Shown here one piece after another: positions 40,027-49,571 of a DNA stretch of 64,000 bases (positions within the stretch are counted from its first letter, which is position 1; each line of letters starts with the position of its first letter). Both the position numbers and the translations under genes were made by a program. Origin of the DNA: Vampirovibrionaceae bacterium NZW_1234 (GTDB taxonomy: Bacteria; Cyanobacteriota; Vampirovibrionia; Vampirovibrionales; JAGQHJ01). Location of the stretch: contig JBGUGD010000039.1 of NCBI GenBank assembly GCA_041697335.1, positions 160,001 to 224,000 of the forward strand, written 5' to 3'. The notes beneath the pieces were generated by a model. The model had not been told where the DNA came from. It ran no database searches and saw nothing but the letters and a program-made list of their open reading frames with translations.

Positions 40027-40220
40027 ATAAAAGCCCTCCCATAAGCTCTATCCAATGTCCGATTACGATACACGAGAATGTGACAACAGCATAAAAACAG
40101 CGGTTGCGGCATTCGTGCATTAACTTTTTATGATCATGGGGGGAACGTGCCGTTTGAAGACCTTGAGGACCTTTGGGATAAAGCTGCCGGAATGTCATAC
40201 CCGGCAAAACACATCAGAAA

Positions 40221-41204
40221 TCAGGGTAAAACACCTTCCTGGCGCAAGCGTCGGCCGGTGAGCTCGATTAAATGCTGGGCATCTTGCTCCAATCGCTCTC
40301 GCATCAATGGGCGTCCGCGCTGCACCTCGTTTTGAAACGCCGTGGCAAAGGCCCCCGATTGGATCCGAGCCAGCACCTGTTGCATGGAGGCTTTGACATG
40401 CCCGTCAATTAAAGAGGGCCCCTGGGATAGATCGCCGTACAGGGCTGTAGAGCTTATTTTTTGACGCATATAGGTTAACCCGCCTTCCTGAATCAGGTCG
40501 GCAATGAGTTTCACTTCGTAGAGGCATTCGAAATACGCAATTTCCGGGGACATGCCGCCTTCAACCAGCACGTCGAACGCGGTTTTGATCAACTGGGTGA
40601 GGCCGCCACACAGCACCGCCTGTTCACTGAAGAGGTCGGAGATGGTTTCCTGGGCAAAGGTTGTCTTTAAAATTCCGGCCCGGGAACACCCAATGGCCTG
40701 ACCATAAGCCAGCGCCACCTCAAGGGTATCGCCAGAGGGGTCCTGATGCACGGCCACCAGCCCCGGGACGCCCGAGCCTTCCACATAGCGATTGCGAACC
40801 CCGCGCCCTTGGGCCTTGGGTGCGAGCAAAAACACATTGAGGGTGTCTGCCGGTGCGATCCACCCGGCATGGATGGCCATGCCATGGCTGAACCCGAGAT
40901 ACGTTCCAGCGTGCATGGCCGGAGCAATATGGGCGTCATATACGGCCCCCATCACTTCGTCCGGCACCATCAGCATCACGACCTGAGACTGGGAGACGGC
41001 ATCCGAGATGCTGAGAACCTTAAAACCTGCCTGTTCAATATCTTGATGTTTTCGCGAAGCCTTTCGCACACCCACGACCACGGAAATACCCGAATCTCTT
41101 AAATTCAGGGCCTGGGGTTTTCCCTGATTTCCAAAACCAATGATGGCCACGGTTTTCCCGGCAAGCGGGGCCATCGAGATGTGAGGGTCCTTAAAAACGT
41201 CCAT
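40221..41204 (-). CDS. ilvC: ketol-acid reductoisomerase
   Basis: IGFGNQG, NLRDSG, DLFSEQAVLCGG, AYFEC. Confidence 0.96.
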   Translation of the reverse strand: MDVFKDPHISMAPLAGKTVAIIGFGNQGKPQALNLRDSGISVVVGVRKASRKHQDIEQAGFKVLSISDAVSQSQVVMLMVPDEVMGAVYDAHIAPAMHAGTYLGFSHGMAIHAGWIAPADTLNVFLLAPKAQGRGVRNRYVEGSGVPGLVAVHQDPSGDTLEVALAYGQAIGCSRAGILKTTFAQETISDLFSEQAVLCGGLTQLIKTAFDVLVEGGMSPEIAYFECLYEVKLIADLIQEGGLTYMRQKISSTALYGDLSQGPSLIDGHVKASMQQVLARIQSGAFATAFQNEVQRGRPLMRERLEQDAQHLIELTGRRLRQEGVLP

Positions 41205-41286
41205 GATCGTCACGTCCTGTTTTAGACAAATGCCAACGGCCTCATTATAATAAGGAATCAACGCCAGAGAAAAAGGAACCATTGTC

Positions 41287-42807
41287 GTGGAAGAGGTCAT
41301 TGCAACGAACCAGCCCGTTACAGACACGGAAGAAGGCCAGGCATCCTCCCGTATTCGGGAAACCCGAGTGGAAAAAATGAACGCCCTCCGAGACAGGGGC
41401 ATAAATCCCTACCCCTACAAGTTTGAAAAATCCCACAGCAACGAGGCGTTACAAACCCACTACAAAGACCTGCCCGCAGGCGAAGAAACGGCCGATGCGG
41501 TTCACGTGGCCGGACGCGTGATGGCGCTAAGAAACAGTGGCATGTTTATTGATCTGCAAGACAGTTCCGGCAAGATTCAGGTTTTCTGCCACAAGGAAAA
41601 CCTCTCGCAGGAGGCCCAACAGCTTCTGAAACTGGTAGACATCGGGGATATGATTGGCGCCACTGGCACCATTCGACGCACCCCTCGCGGGGAATTGTCC
41701 GTAAAGGCCACTGGCATTGAGGTCCTGAGCAAAGCCTTGCTACCCTTGCCCGAAAAATTCCACGGCCTGACCGACAAGGAAACGCGCTATCGCCAACGTT
41801 ATCTCGATCTGATTATGAATGAGGACACCCGGGACACGCTGCGCAAGCGGAGCCTGATTATCTCGGCCATTCGTCACTTCTTTTTAAGCCGCGGCTTTTT
41901 GGAAGTGGAAACCCCCATGCTTCAGACCCTGGCCGGGGGCGCGGCGGCACGGCCCTTTATTACCCATCACAATGCCTTGGACCTGACGATGTATATGCGC
42001 ATTGCCCCGGAGTTATACCTGAAGCGCCTGATTGTCGGCGGCTTGTCGGAAAAAGTGTTTGAGCTGAACCGGAATTTTCGAAACGAAGGCCTGTCCCCCA
42101 AACACAATCCGGAATTTACGATGTTGGAAGCCTACCAGGCCTATGCCGACTACCATGACATGATGGATCTGACCGAGGCCCTGGTGAGTACCGTGGCTCA
42201 GGAAGTCTTAGGAACCCAGGTCATCGAGTACCAGGGCCAACAGATTAATCTGGCTGCCCCCTGGGCCCGCAAGTCCATGATTGATGCGGTGAAAGAAGAA
42301 ACCGGCCTGGACTTTAACGCCATTACCTTGGCCCAGGAAGCCCACCAGGCCGCTCGGGATATTGGCCTTGAACCTGAAGACACCTGGACGTGGGGCAAAA
42401 CCCTGGAGTACGTGTTTGAAGAACGCGTGGAGCCCAAGCTCATCCAGCCCACCCATATTATTGATTACCCGAAAGAGACCTCGCCCCTGGCCAAGGTTCA
42501 CCGCAGTGATTCTCGCCTGGTTGAGCGCTTTGAAACCCGCATCAACGGCTGGGAAGTGGCTAATGCCTTTTCGGAACTGAGTGACCCCATCGACCAGCGG
42601 GCCCGCTTCGAATCGCAGCTGGAGGCCAGAGCTGCCGGGGATGACGAAGCGCATCATCTGGATGAGGACTACATTACGGCCCTGGAGTTTGGCATGCCGC
42701 CGACCGGGGGCCTGGGCATCGGCATTGATCGGTTGATTATGCTGTTGACCGATTCGCCCAGCATCCGCGATGTTATCGCCTTCCCCACCATGCGCCCGAA
42801 ACACTGA
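41287..42807 (+). CDS. lysS: lysine--tRNA ligase (class II)
   Basis: RYRQRYLD, FRNEG...HNPEFT, GMPPTGGLGIGIDRL. Confidence 0.98.
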   Translation: MEEVIATNQPVTDTEEGQASSRIRETRVEKMNALRDRGINPYPYKFEKSHSNEALQTHYKDLPAGEETADAVHVAGRVMALRNSGMFIDLQDSSGKIQVFCHKENLSQEAQQLLKLVDIGDMIGATGTIRRTPRGELSVKATGIEVLSKALLPLPEKFHGLTDKETRYRQRYLDLIMNEDTRDTLRKRSLIISAIRHFFLSRGFLEVETPMLQTLAGGAAARPFITHHNALDLTMYMRIAPELYLKRLIVGGLSEKVFELNRNFRNEGLSPKHNPEFTMLEAYQAYADYHDMMDLTEALVSTVAQEVLGTQVIEYQGQQINLAAPWARKSMIDAVKEETGLDFNAITLAQEAHQAARDIGLEPEDTWTWGKTLEYVFEERVEPKLIQPTHIIDYPKETSPLAKVHRSDSRLVERFETRINGWEVANAFSELSDPIDQRARFESQLEARAAGDDEAHHLDEDYITALEFGMPPTGGLGIGIDRLIMLLTDSPSIRDVIAFPTMRPKH

Positions 42808-42851
42808 TTCTGGCCTCGCCAAGATCGGTGGTGCCCAGGGAAGCACGGATG

Positions 42852-43200
42852 AATACGTGACGGAGCAAGCACCGCAGCAACGACGCAGATTCGCCCCTCA
42901 ACACAGGCGTATTTTCAGCTGTCGTTGACCACGCCTGTGTTGAGAGGATGCAGATGCAAGGCGCGAGGCGCGCAGGGAAGGAGCGTATCAAAATACGTGA
43001 CTGGGCGAGCACCGCAGCAACGACGCAGATGCGCCCCGCAGCACAGGCGTATTTTCAGCTGTCGTTGTGCCCGCCTGGTGTGTGGGGATGCAGTTGCAAG
43101 GCGCGAGGCGCGCAGGGAAGGAGTGTATCAAAATACGTGACGGAGCGAGCACCGCAGCAACGACGCAGATGCGCCCCTCAGCACAGGCGTGGTCAACGAC
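42852..43200. mobile_element. tandem 140-bp MITE/REP-like palindromic repeat (~2.5 copies)
   Basis: AATACGTGA recurs at 42852, 42992 and 43132; 27-bp inverted ends at 42921-42947 and 43174-43200. Confidence 0.8.
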
Positions 43201-43811
43201 TAGAATCCGGGAGAGTGCTCCGGCAACCCCTTGTAGGCGACGTTGTTGCGGATTTGCCAGGTCAGCTTGTTTTGCTGGACCAGCACCGATACCGCCGTAA
43301 GACGATCGACCAGGGCGTTGGATTTGAGCGGAATGCTTTTCAAGTGGGGATAGCGCTCCAACATGTCCTGCCACGTCCTGGCCTCTTCCGACCAGGCCAC
43401 CACCTCTTCATGAACCGAATTTTCCGTGTCATTGTGCATGGCTTCATGGCGAATGAGTGCCGCCAGGGCCGGGGGTGGGGCTGATGCATGCTTGCTGTTG
43501 ATATAGATGACATGACGCCCATCGTTAACAATAACGCTCAGGGCATCGTGGTTCATATAGGCTTTGCCAAACTCGCGCATGTCTTTAAATAAGATCTTCG
43601 TATCGCGTGCAAACAGGTCCTCTACCACGGACTTGTTGTCGGTTTCGGCCAAAATCGCCAGGGCCTGGATCAGAACCGGTTCCCGGGTGCAGCGAAAGTA
43701 CTTGATGCCGCCTTCGGCAAGAACAGGCGCAACCAAAGACGCTACAATAAAAGCAAGCATCCCCAAGGAACTCAGCACTCGGATATGTCGACACGGTTTT
43801 TGAGACATCAC
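43200..43811 (-). CDS. exported protein with an HEXXH motif
   Basis: Signal peptide ending APVLA; IYIN...LIRHEAMH...EE. Confidence 0.7.
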   Translation of the reverse strand: MMSQKPCRHIRVLSSLGMLAFIVASLVAPVLAEGGIKYFRCTREPVLIQALAILAETDNKSVVEDLFARDTKILFKDMREFGKAYMNHDALSVIVNDGRHVIYINSKHASAPPPALAALIRHEAMHNDTENSVHEEVVAWSEEARTWQDMLERYPHLKSIPLKSNALVDRLTAVSVLVQQNKLTWQIRNNVAYKGLPEHSPGF

Positions 43812-43907
43812 ATGGCCTCCAAGGTGGAAATTCTGCCGGAAGTATCGGCACGATTTCTGCGTTCTACAGCCTTCTGGAGTAAACGTAATCCGATTACAGG
43901 AAAAGTC

Positions 43908-44714
43908 ATGCTTCTGGGGCTCGTTTTGATGGGCCTCCTGGGGCTGCCGCTGAGTATGGCCATTGATGACGGGAGCTTTGTGACAGACTACGGCATTGGC
44001 CTTTTAGGACTGTACCAGCCTGGCTCGGGGTCGCCCAAAAGTCATGTCGAAGGCATCCCTGAGGCGAAGCCGTTTCTGCCAGTCCAGCTTCAAGGGGCAC
44101 TGCAAGGCATTGCGCTGAAACAGAAACCGCACTCCCAGAGCAAAACCGTGGCGACCCTGGATTACACGCCGGAAGGCCTTCTGGCGTGGCGTCATCAAGA
44201 CACCCTATACACCTTGCGAGAAAGCGGCATCATCCTTCAGCCGAAACAAGCCGCCTTTATCGTGGTTTCCCAGGGCGGTCCCTGGCTGGAGGTGCTCATC
44301 AACCAGGCTCCCCGGCTCACAGGGTGGCTGGATATGCGAAAACACCATCGAGTCCTTCGCTTTTGGTTATGGTATTACTACATCCGAGAATCTGTCCAAA
44401 AGAATCTCCCCCTGGTCTTCATCTACGCCAAAGACGCCGAATTTCGGTCCGGCCCGTCCATCAATAGCATTGCCTTGCCTCGAGGCATCTTTGATCCCGA
44501 ATCTGCCGTCCTGGATCCGCTGATGCTCCAGGATGGCTATCTTTTGGTCCGCCAACGGCCTCCCCAATCTTGCGATCCGCTGTTTGCCCAAGGTGCCCTG
44601 GTGCACAGTCAGCCCCAGGATACGAAAGCCGCTGAAGAAGGGTGGGTGCGCTGGATTAACAACCAGGGGCGCCCCACCATGATGCGCGCCATTCCACCGG
44701 CCTGTTCAAACTAG
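43908..44714 (+). CDS. hypothetical exported protein (possible SH3-like segments)
   Basis: Hydrophobic N-terminus; FRSGPS, GWL and GWV motifs; start re-set using an AGGA RBS. Confidence 0.6.
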   Translation: MLLGLVLMGLLGLPLSMAIDDGSFVTDYGIGLLGLYQPGSGSPKSHVEGIPEAKPFLPVQLQGALQGIALKQKPHSQSKTVATLDYTPEGLLAWRHQDTLYTLRESGIILQPKQAAFIVVSQGGPWLEVLINQAPRLTGWLDMRKHHRVLRFWLWYYYIRESVQKNLPLVFIYAKDAEFRSGPSINSIALPRGIFDPESAVLDPLMLQDGYLLVRQRPPQSCDPLFAQGALVHSQPQDTKAAEEGWVRWINNQGRPTMMRAIPPACSN

Positions 44715-44754
44715 GCCCCGTATCCGGGGGGATGTATCGATTTGTTAACACCAC

Positions 44755-44781
44755 TGAAGTCGGGACCCCGGGTGACGATAT
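44755..44781 (+). promoter_or_regulatory. sigma28-like promoter
   Basis: TGAAGT..., N15 spacing, GACGATAT. Confidence 0.55.
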
Positions 44782-44818
44782 CTGAACTCAGAAGAGAAGA
44801 GTCGAGGATTATGCTTCC

Positions 44819-45484
44819 ATGGGAAAATTTAGCGAGAAACTGCCCAAGTTAAACCTGAATCAGCTATTACACAGAGACAAGAAAGCGTCGACAACGCCAT
44901 CGGCCTCGGATTTTCAGGTTGTTTCCGGGTTTGATAACAACCCAATGCCTGAAACGCTTCAAACAAGCTACATACCTTTGGGCACGTTCCGAAAAGATAC
45001 ACCTCCCCCGACCTTTACAGGACGAAGAGGTCCCTTCAACACCCTAAGCCATCGCATGCTGGCCGCCAACGATCCGGACTTCGACGATGAAGAAACAACC
45101 GGGCTCCAGGATGATGAAACAACCACCACAGAAGACGTTTCCACCCCAAGCAATTATAGTATCCAAATTGCCGTAAACGGCGAAATGGTAGATTTTTCAC
45201 CTACTGATACGGCCACGCCCCAAGAACCTGAGCAAGAAGTGGCTGAAGCCTCGCTTGAGGCGAATGAACCGGTGGTGGACCCCAAGCTGATTCAGCAGTT
45301 CAGCCAGATTATGGAAGAGCAAAACGCATCGCTAAACCAGTACAGTGACTTAGATGCGCTGGACAATGAAGATGCTCCGGAGTTCATTGTTTCAACCACC
45401 ACACAACTTCCCGGTGAATTCGATGACACCCCGACATCGACGTATACCCCGGCATCCTTTACGCCAAAACGCTACGGGAAATAA
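44819..45484 (+). CDS. acidic, likely disordered hypothetical protein
   Basis: GAGGA RBS; D/E/T/P-rich; basic N-terminus. Confidence 0.7.
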   Translation: MGKFSEKLPKLNLNQLLHRDKKASTTPSASDFQVVSGFDNNPMPETLQTSYIPLGTFRKDTPPPTFTGRRGPFNTLSHRMLAANDPDFDDEETTGLQDDETTTTEDVSTPSNYSIQIAVNGEMVDFSPTDTATPQEPEQEVAEASLEANEPVVDPKLIQQFSQIMEEQNASLNQYSDLDALDNEDAPEFIVSTTTQLPGEFDDTPTSTYTPASFTPKRYGK

Positions 45485-45753
45485 CCCATTTCTTCCCCAT
45501 CAACGGCGTCAACTATCACTATCATCTGCCAATGGCCTGCCCCGGCTTTGCCCAAAGACAGGCCATTTGGCCATGATTGTCTTTTATTGAGAAACGTAAC
45601 AATAAGACCAGCTCCCTCAGAAAAAGGAATACAAATCTAGCAGCACCCTTTATAATCTTGAGTAGGGTAATTTAATTTCTGAATATTATTGTGGTAGTAA
45701 ACATACACTAGGTTGTCGCGAGAGAGGAACCAGAACATTAGAGGGTGTGTCCA

Positions 45754-45990
45754 ATGAAATTCATTGAGGAGTCCATTTTGGTTCGACCGGAAATCCGGTT
45801 GTTGAATCGCTATGCCCAAAAGGCAAAACAAGTGGCCATTACCTCCATTAATCCGGTATTTTCGGCCTCCGAAGCCGAAAGTCATCGCCGGGATTTACAG
45901 GCCCTTCGGATTCAAGTGGAAGGCCCCCCAAAGCATTTGAGCTACTTCAATAGCTTGATTGAGGGTGCCAACCTGAAATTCAAAGCCTAA
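45754..45990 (+). CDS. small hypothetical protein (78 aa)
   Basis: GAGGG RBS; fills the gap before the convergent nitroreductase. Confidence 0.55.
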   Translation: MKFIEESILVRPEIRLLNRYAQKAKQVAITSINPVFSASEAESHRRDLQALRIQVEGPPKHLSYFNSLIEGANLKFKA

Positions 45991-45996
45991 ACGAGA

Positions 45997-46602
45997 CTAC
46001 GAGAAACAGTACGGATAACCGACGCCCCACTGATCGGAGTAAATCAGCTCTTGAAGGGGGCGTCGTTCTCGTGGGGCCAGTTCCCGTTCACGAAGCGGAT
46101 CGGCCAACACTTCGGGCGGGCCGGGATACCCGATGGCCACCAGGGCCATGGGCTGAAAGCCCTCGGGGATGAGCAACTCTGAAACAGCCTTATCGGCATA
46201 AAAGCCCGCCATGGCGTGAGTTACCAGACCCATATCCACAGCCTGAAGCATGATATTTTCCAGAGCCATCCCCACATCATGGGCGCCATGACGATTGGGG
46301 GCATCGTTGTAGGTAAATGTGAGCTTGGTCACGGTGAGCAGCAACACCGGCGCCTTGGCAGCCCAATCGTTGCCGGACATAAGCAACGACGCCAGCTTTT
46401 CATGGGTCCGGGGGTTGACATTGGAAGCGCCTATAAAAAAGCGCCAGGGTTGCTCGTTAAAACAAGAGGGTGCCCAACGGGCCGCCTCCAGAAGCGAGCA
46501 AATCTTGTAGGGCTCGACCTCCTGATCAGAAAATGCTCTGGGGCTCCAGCGCTGCTGAATCAGGGGATGTACCGGGTATGCGGTGGGAGCGGGCTTGTCC
46601 AT
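45997..46602 (-). CDS. nitroreductase family protein
   Basis: RWSPRAF, AARWAPSCFNEQPW, AIGYPG. Confidence 0.93.
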   Translation of the reverse strand: MDKPAPTAYPVHPLIQQRWSPRAFSDQEVEPYKICSLLEAARWAPSCFNEQPWRFFIGASNVNPRTHEKLASLLMSGNDWAAKAPVLLLTVTKLTFTYNDAPNRHGAHDVGMALENIMLQAVDMGLVTHAMAGFYADKAVSELLIPEGFQPMALVAIGYPGPPEVLADPLRERELAPRERRPLQELIYSDQWGVGYPYCFS

Positions 46603-46808
46603 GAACCAATCGGCCTCTCATTGATTGAACACGTTATTGCCTTACCATACCCGAAACATACGGTCCATTAGACAGGTGAATTCTATCCGACACCGGGGGG
46701 ATTTGTGAAAAAACTCATAGTCATGCCGCTTAAATTTGAGGACAATGTCAAATGAGGTAAAGTCAAATTTATATGGAACGTCAAGCAGACTGTGTATAGG
46801 AGGTCATC

Positions 46809-47048
46809 ATGCCTTACGTCATTACCGAGCCCTGCGTCAACGTAAAAGACAAAGCATGCGTTGATGTGTGTCCCGTCGACTGTATCTATGAATTGGATGG
46901 CGAAGCCCAATTGTTCATTAACCCGGACGAGTGCATTGAATGCGGTGCTTGCGAACCCGCTTGCCCTGTCAACGCTATCTACATGGATTCCGAAGTGCCG
47001 GACAACCAAAAACAATACATCGAACTCAACGCTTCCAAATTCAAATAG
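46809..47048 (+). CDS. dicluster ferredoxin (FdxA-type)
   Basis: EPC...CVDVCPVDCI...ECIECGACEPACPV; AGGAGG RBS. Confidence 0.93.
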   Translation: MPYVITEPCVNVKDKACVDVCPVDCIYELDGEAQLFINPDECIECGACEPACPVNAIYMDSEVPDNQKQYIELNASKFK

Positions 47049-47091
47049 GAAGCCTCCGTACCCCTGTTGAAGGGTTATACGCTCAGCATTC

Positions 47092-47120
47092 AAGTCCCAC
47101 TGACCCCAGTGGGACTTTTG
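47092..47120 (+). terminator. terminator after the ferredoxin gene
   Basis: AAGTCCCACTG-ACCC-CAGTGGGACTT followed by TT. Confidence 0.75.
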
Positions 47121-47222
47121 CATGGTATTCAGCGATAAAAAGCGGCTTTCGGCCGAAATCTTCGGGGGATTCAAACCCGGCTAGCAACAAATCTCAATTG
47201 CTTGTTTTTATATAATTACTTC

Positions 47223-47422
47223 TTGTATCGTGTGTGTCGTGATGAACGGGTTTGCACTCGGCTTCATCTGATTTTTCCACTCGTCCGGTCTTTTACCCCA
47301 AGATCCGGGCATCGTCAGGAGGGTTGGCCCCCTGCCGAAGGATGCCAGCGCATCCGAGTGGCTTAGTAGGAATATCTGCGTAATACAACGATGTATCGGA
47401 AACGGTACATCGTTCTTTTTTT
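47223..47422 (+). ncRNA. structured orphan ncRNA candidate
   Basis: TATAAT at 47211; nested stems; AACGATGTATCG-GAAA-CGGTACATCGTT terminator plus T-run. Confidence 0.55.
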
Positions 47423-47608
47423 GCCCATAACAACGGCCTGCTTAGACCGGTCATCGGTGACGCCCATATCGGTCACATAGAACCTGGATAACACAGTCTT
47501 AAAGCTTCCTTAAAAAGCCGCTATATTCTGTAACATGCGTTCCAAGACACCTATTTTTTGTTTTTATACCTGTAGGACGTGGGTCAAGTAAGGAGGATAA
47601 CTCATTTT

Positions 47609-47639
47609 AGAAGGGCGTGTCAGGATGACACGCCCTTCT
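47609..47639. terminator. perfect 14-bp hairpin with a GGA loop
   Basis: AGAAGGGCGTGTCA-GGA-TGACACGCCCTTCT. Confidence 0.7.
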
Positions 47640-47731
47640 GCCCTATTAAGACCACCAAAAACAGGCCAAAGAAAAACCCGCTCTCAAGCGGGTACAGGTG
47701 TGTCCAGTGGAGATAAATCGAAATGCTATGG

Positions 47732-48328
47732 CTAGGAAGACACCGAGGTCTTCACCACATGCAATGCTTGTTGTCGAGCACGATCTCGAGTGCCCTGGCG
47801 CCGTTGGCAGAACTGATCGAGCAACGTCTTATAGCTGGAAAGCAAATAAGCCATTTCATCCTCATCCAGGTAATGAGCCGCCTTCTCCAGCGTGTGCTGC
47901 GCCTCGCGAAAACGCTTGAGCGAAATCAGCAGCGAAATTTCCTGGTCAAACAAACTGGGAAACAAATACTTTTTCTTTTGGTCAATGCAAAGCAGGGCTT
48001 GACGGCAGCACTGAAGCGCCTCGCGGTAGCGCCCTAACACTTCAAGCACACCGGCTTTGGAGATATAGGCTTCAGCCAGGTGAGGGTTTAGCTTGATGGC
48101 GTTGTTCAAAGCGCCCAAGGCCTCTCTGTCCCGGTTCAGACAGAAGAGAATATCGCCATAAAGCACTAACGCACGTGTATCATCAGGCTCATGATCCAAT
48201 GCTTTTTCCACCAACCCCAGGGCACCGGAGTAGTCGCTGTGATAGATAAACAGATCTCCAGCGGTTTTTAAGTAGCGTTGGGCCGAGAAGTTGAGGACTT
48301 TTTTGAATAACTGCATCGTCGTAACCAC
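47732..48328 (-). CDS. TPR-repeat protein
   Basis: TPR helices (ALDHEPDD..A...GDIL; AIKLNP..AEAY..KA). Confidence 0.85.
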   Translation of the reverse strand: MVTTMQLFKKVLNFSAQRYLKTAGDLFIYHSDYSGALGLVEKALDHEPDDTRALVLYGDILFCLNRDREALGALNNAIKLNPHLAEAYISKAGVLEVLGRYREALQCCRQALLCIDQKKKYLFPSLFDQEISLLISLKRFREAQHTLEKAAHYLDEDEMAYLLSSYKTLLDQFCQRRQGTRDRARQQALHVVKTSVSS

Positions 48329-48710
48329 TCCCCTGTTTTTAATGAAGTTGAGTTGGTGTCATTTCCATTCTTGAAACAAGTGTATCAGAGGGTGAGAAAC
48401 GCATGTCGCGCTGTGGTTTTTCCCGTCTGCCGCTTCACTGGAGAAGCGAGCCATCCCTCTTTCGAGATCCGTTGAATCATTGATCTGTTTACTAAACAAA
48501 CAATATGACTATGGTAAAGCGAGAAGAACCGCCCCTCTGCGCCTTGTTAACATTTCTTTACAAAACACGACATGACATCTCTTCGCCATCCATGCTTGAC
48601 CCCGATACAGATATCGGATCGATACCACAAGAGATGACAAAGTGAAGTAAACTAGAGCATTATCGGGGATGTCAGACCCTAGAACAAAATTGGTAGCTTG
48701 AAAACTCGGA

Positions 48711-49481
48711 TTAAGCGTCGCCAGACTCTGCGTCACCACCGGCATTGGCTAGGATACGGCGGTTTGATTCCGCGATTTCCTGTTCCAATTTTTGTTGTGC
48801 TTCGGCATCGGCCTGACTGGGCTTGATGGCATCCTGGAAAATGGCGCGCATTCTGCGCACAAGGCCTTCCTTAACCTGAGCCCGCATTTTTAACGCCAGT
48901 CGAGTGGCAAACGGCAAGTCCGGGTTAACGGAGTATTGATATAAGTCTCGAGACGTCAAACCACTGCCGGATCCTGTGACACGCTTAAGATACGCGTATT
49001 CGGGCGAGTTCTGAATCTGTTGAACAAAGGGATCAAACAATGCATCCGCAGCCGATCCGCTTTTGCCTTTGTTCTGAGCCACAAACTGGGCCAAACCTTG
49101 GGGGTTGGTCCGCAATTGTTCTTGCAACACAGCGAACGCACCGTTCTGCTGGTTAAATAATTCGTTGATCTCTCGACCTGATAAGTTTCTAACCAAAGGG
49201 GCAATCCGGCCTGATGCGGTCCGTACAAAATCCAGGTTTCTTAAGCCACTCAATTGCTTGACTCGCGGTGAAATGGCTTCTAATAACTGTTGTTGCATCG
49301 AGGGTTGCTGTTGTTGCGCCGCTTGGAAACCAGCCGTCGAAAAGAACCCATCAACCCCTCCAGGAGCCATTGGCGGGGGAGCACCAAAAGGCATAGGACC
49401 ACCGGGAAGCATAGGCGGCGGAGCGCCAAAGGGAATCGGTCCACCGGCGGGAATATTCGGTTGTGGGAAACCAAATGCCAT
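48711..49481 (-). CDS. hypothetical protein with a Pro/Gly-rich PFG-repeat N-terminus
   Basis: MAFG...GGPIPFGAPPPM, GGPMPFGAPPPM, then a Gln-rich helical region. Confidence 0.7.
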   Translation of the reverse strand: MAFGFPQPNIPAGGPIPFGAPPPMLPGGPMPFGAPPPMAPGGVDGFFSTAGFQAAQQQQPSMQQQLLEAISPRVKQLSGLRNLDFVRTASGRIAPLVRNLSGREINELFNQQNGAFAVLQEQLRTNPQGLAQFVAQNKGKSGSAADALFDPFVQQIQNSPEYAYLKRVTGSGSGLTSRDLYQYSVNPDLPFATRLALKMRAQVKEGLVRRMRAIFQDAIKPSQADAEAQQKLEQEIAESNRRILANAGGDAESGDA

Positions 49482-49571
49482 GACGCAACTACACTTTCTT
49501 TTCCTAATTAAACTAATAAAAACAGGCAAAACAGGAGAATTGCCTTGCGTCAGGCGGCATTTTACAGTTTG

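Noticed and set aside
42852..43200. CRISPR array
   Set aside because: Whole 140-bp units repeat; there are no unique spacers and no cas genes
47140..47185. tRNA T-arm-like sequence (GGGTTTGAATCCC on the minus strand)
   Set aside because: No cloverleaf, acceptor stem or canonical TTCGA
47223..47422. SRP RNA or lysine riboswitch assignment
   Set aside because: The SRP GGAAG..AGCAG core and the lysine-aptamer AGAGG start are missing; kept as an unknown RNA
48400..48475. c-di-GMP-I riboswitch on the minus strand (CTC-GAAA-GAG hairpin)
   Set aside because: The flanking GCAAA motifs are absent
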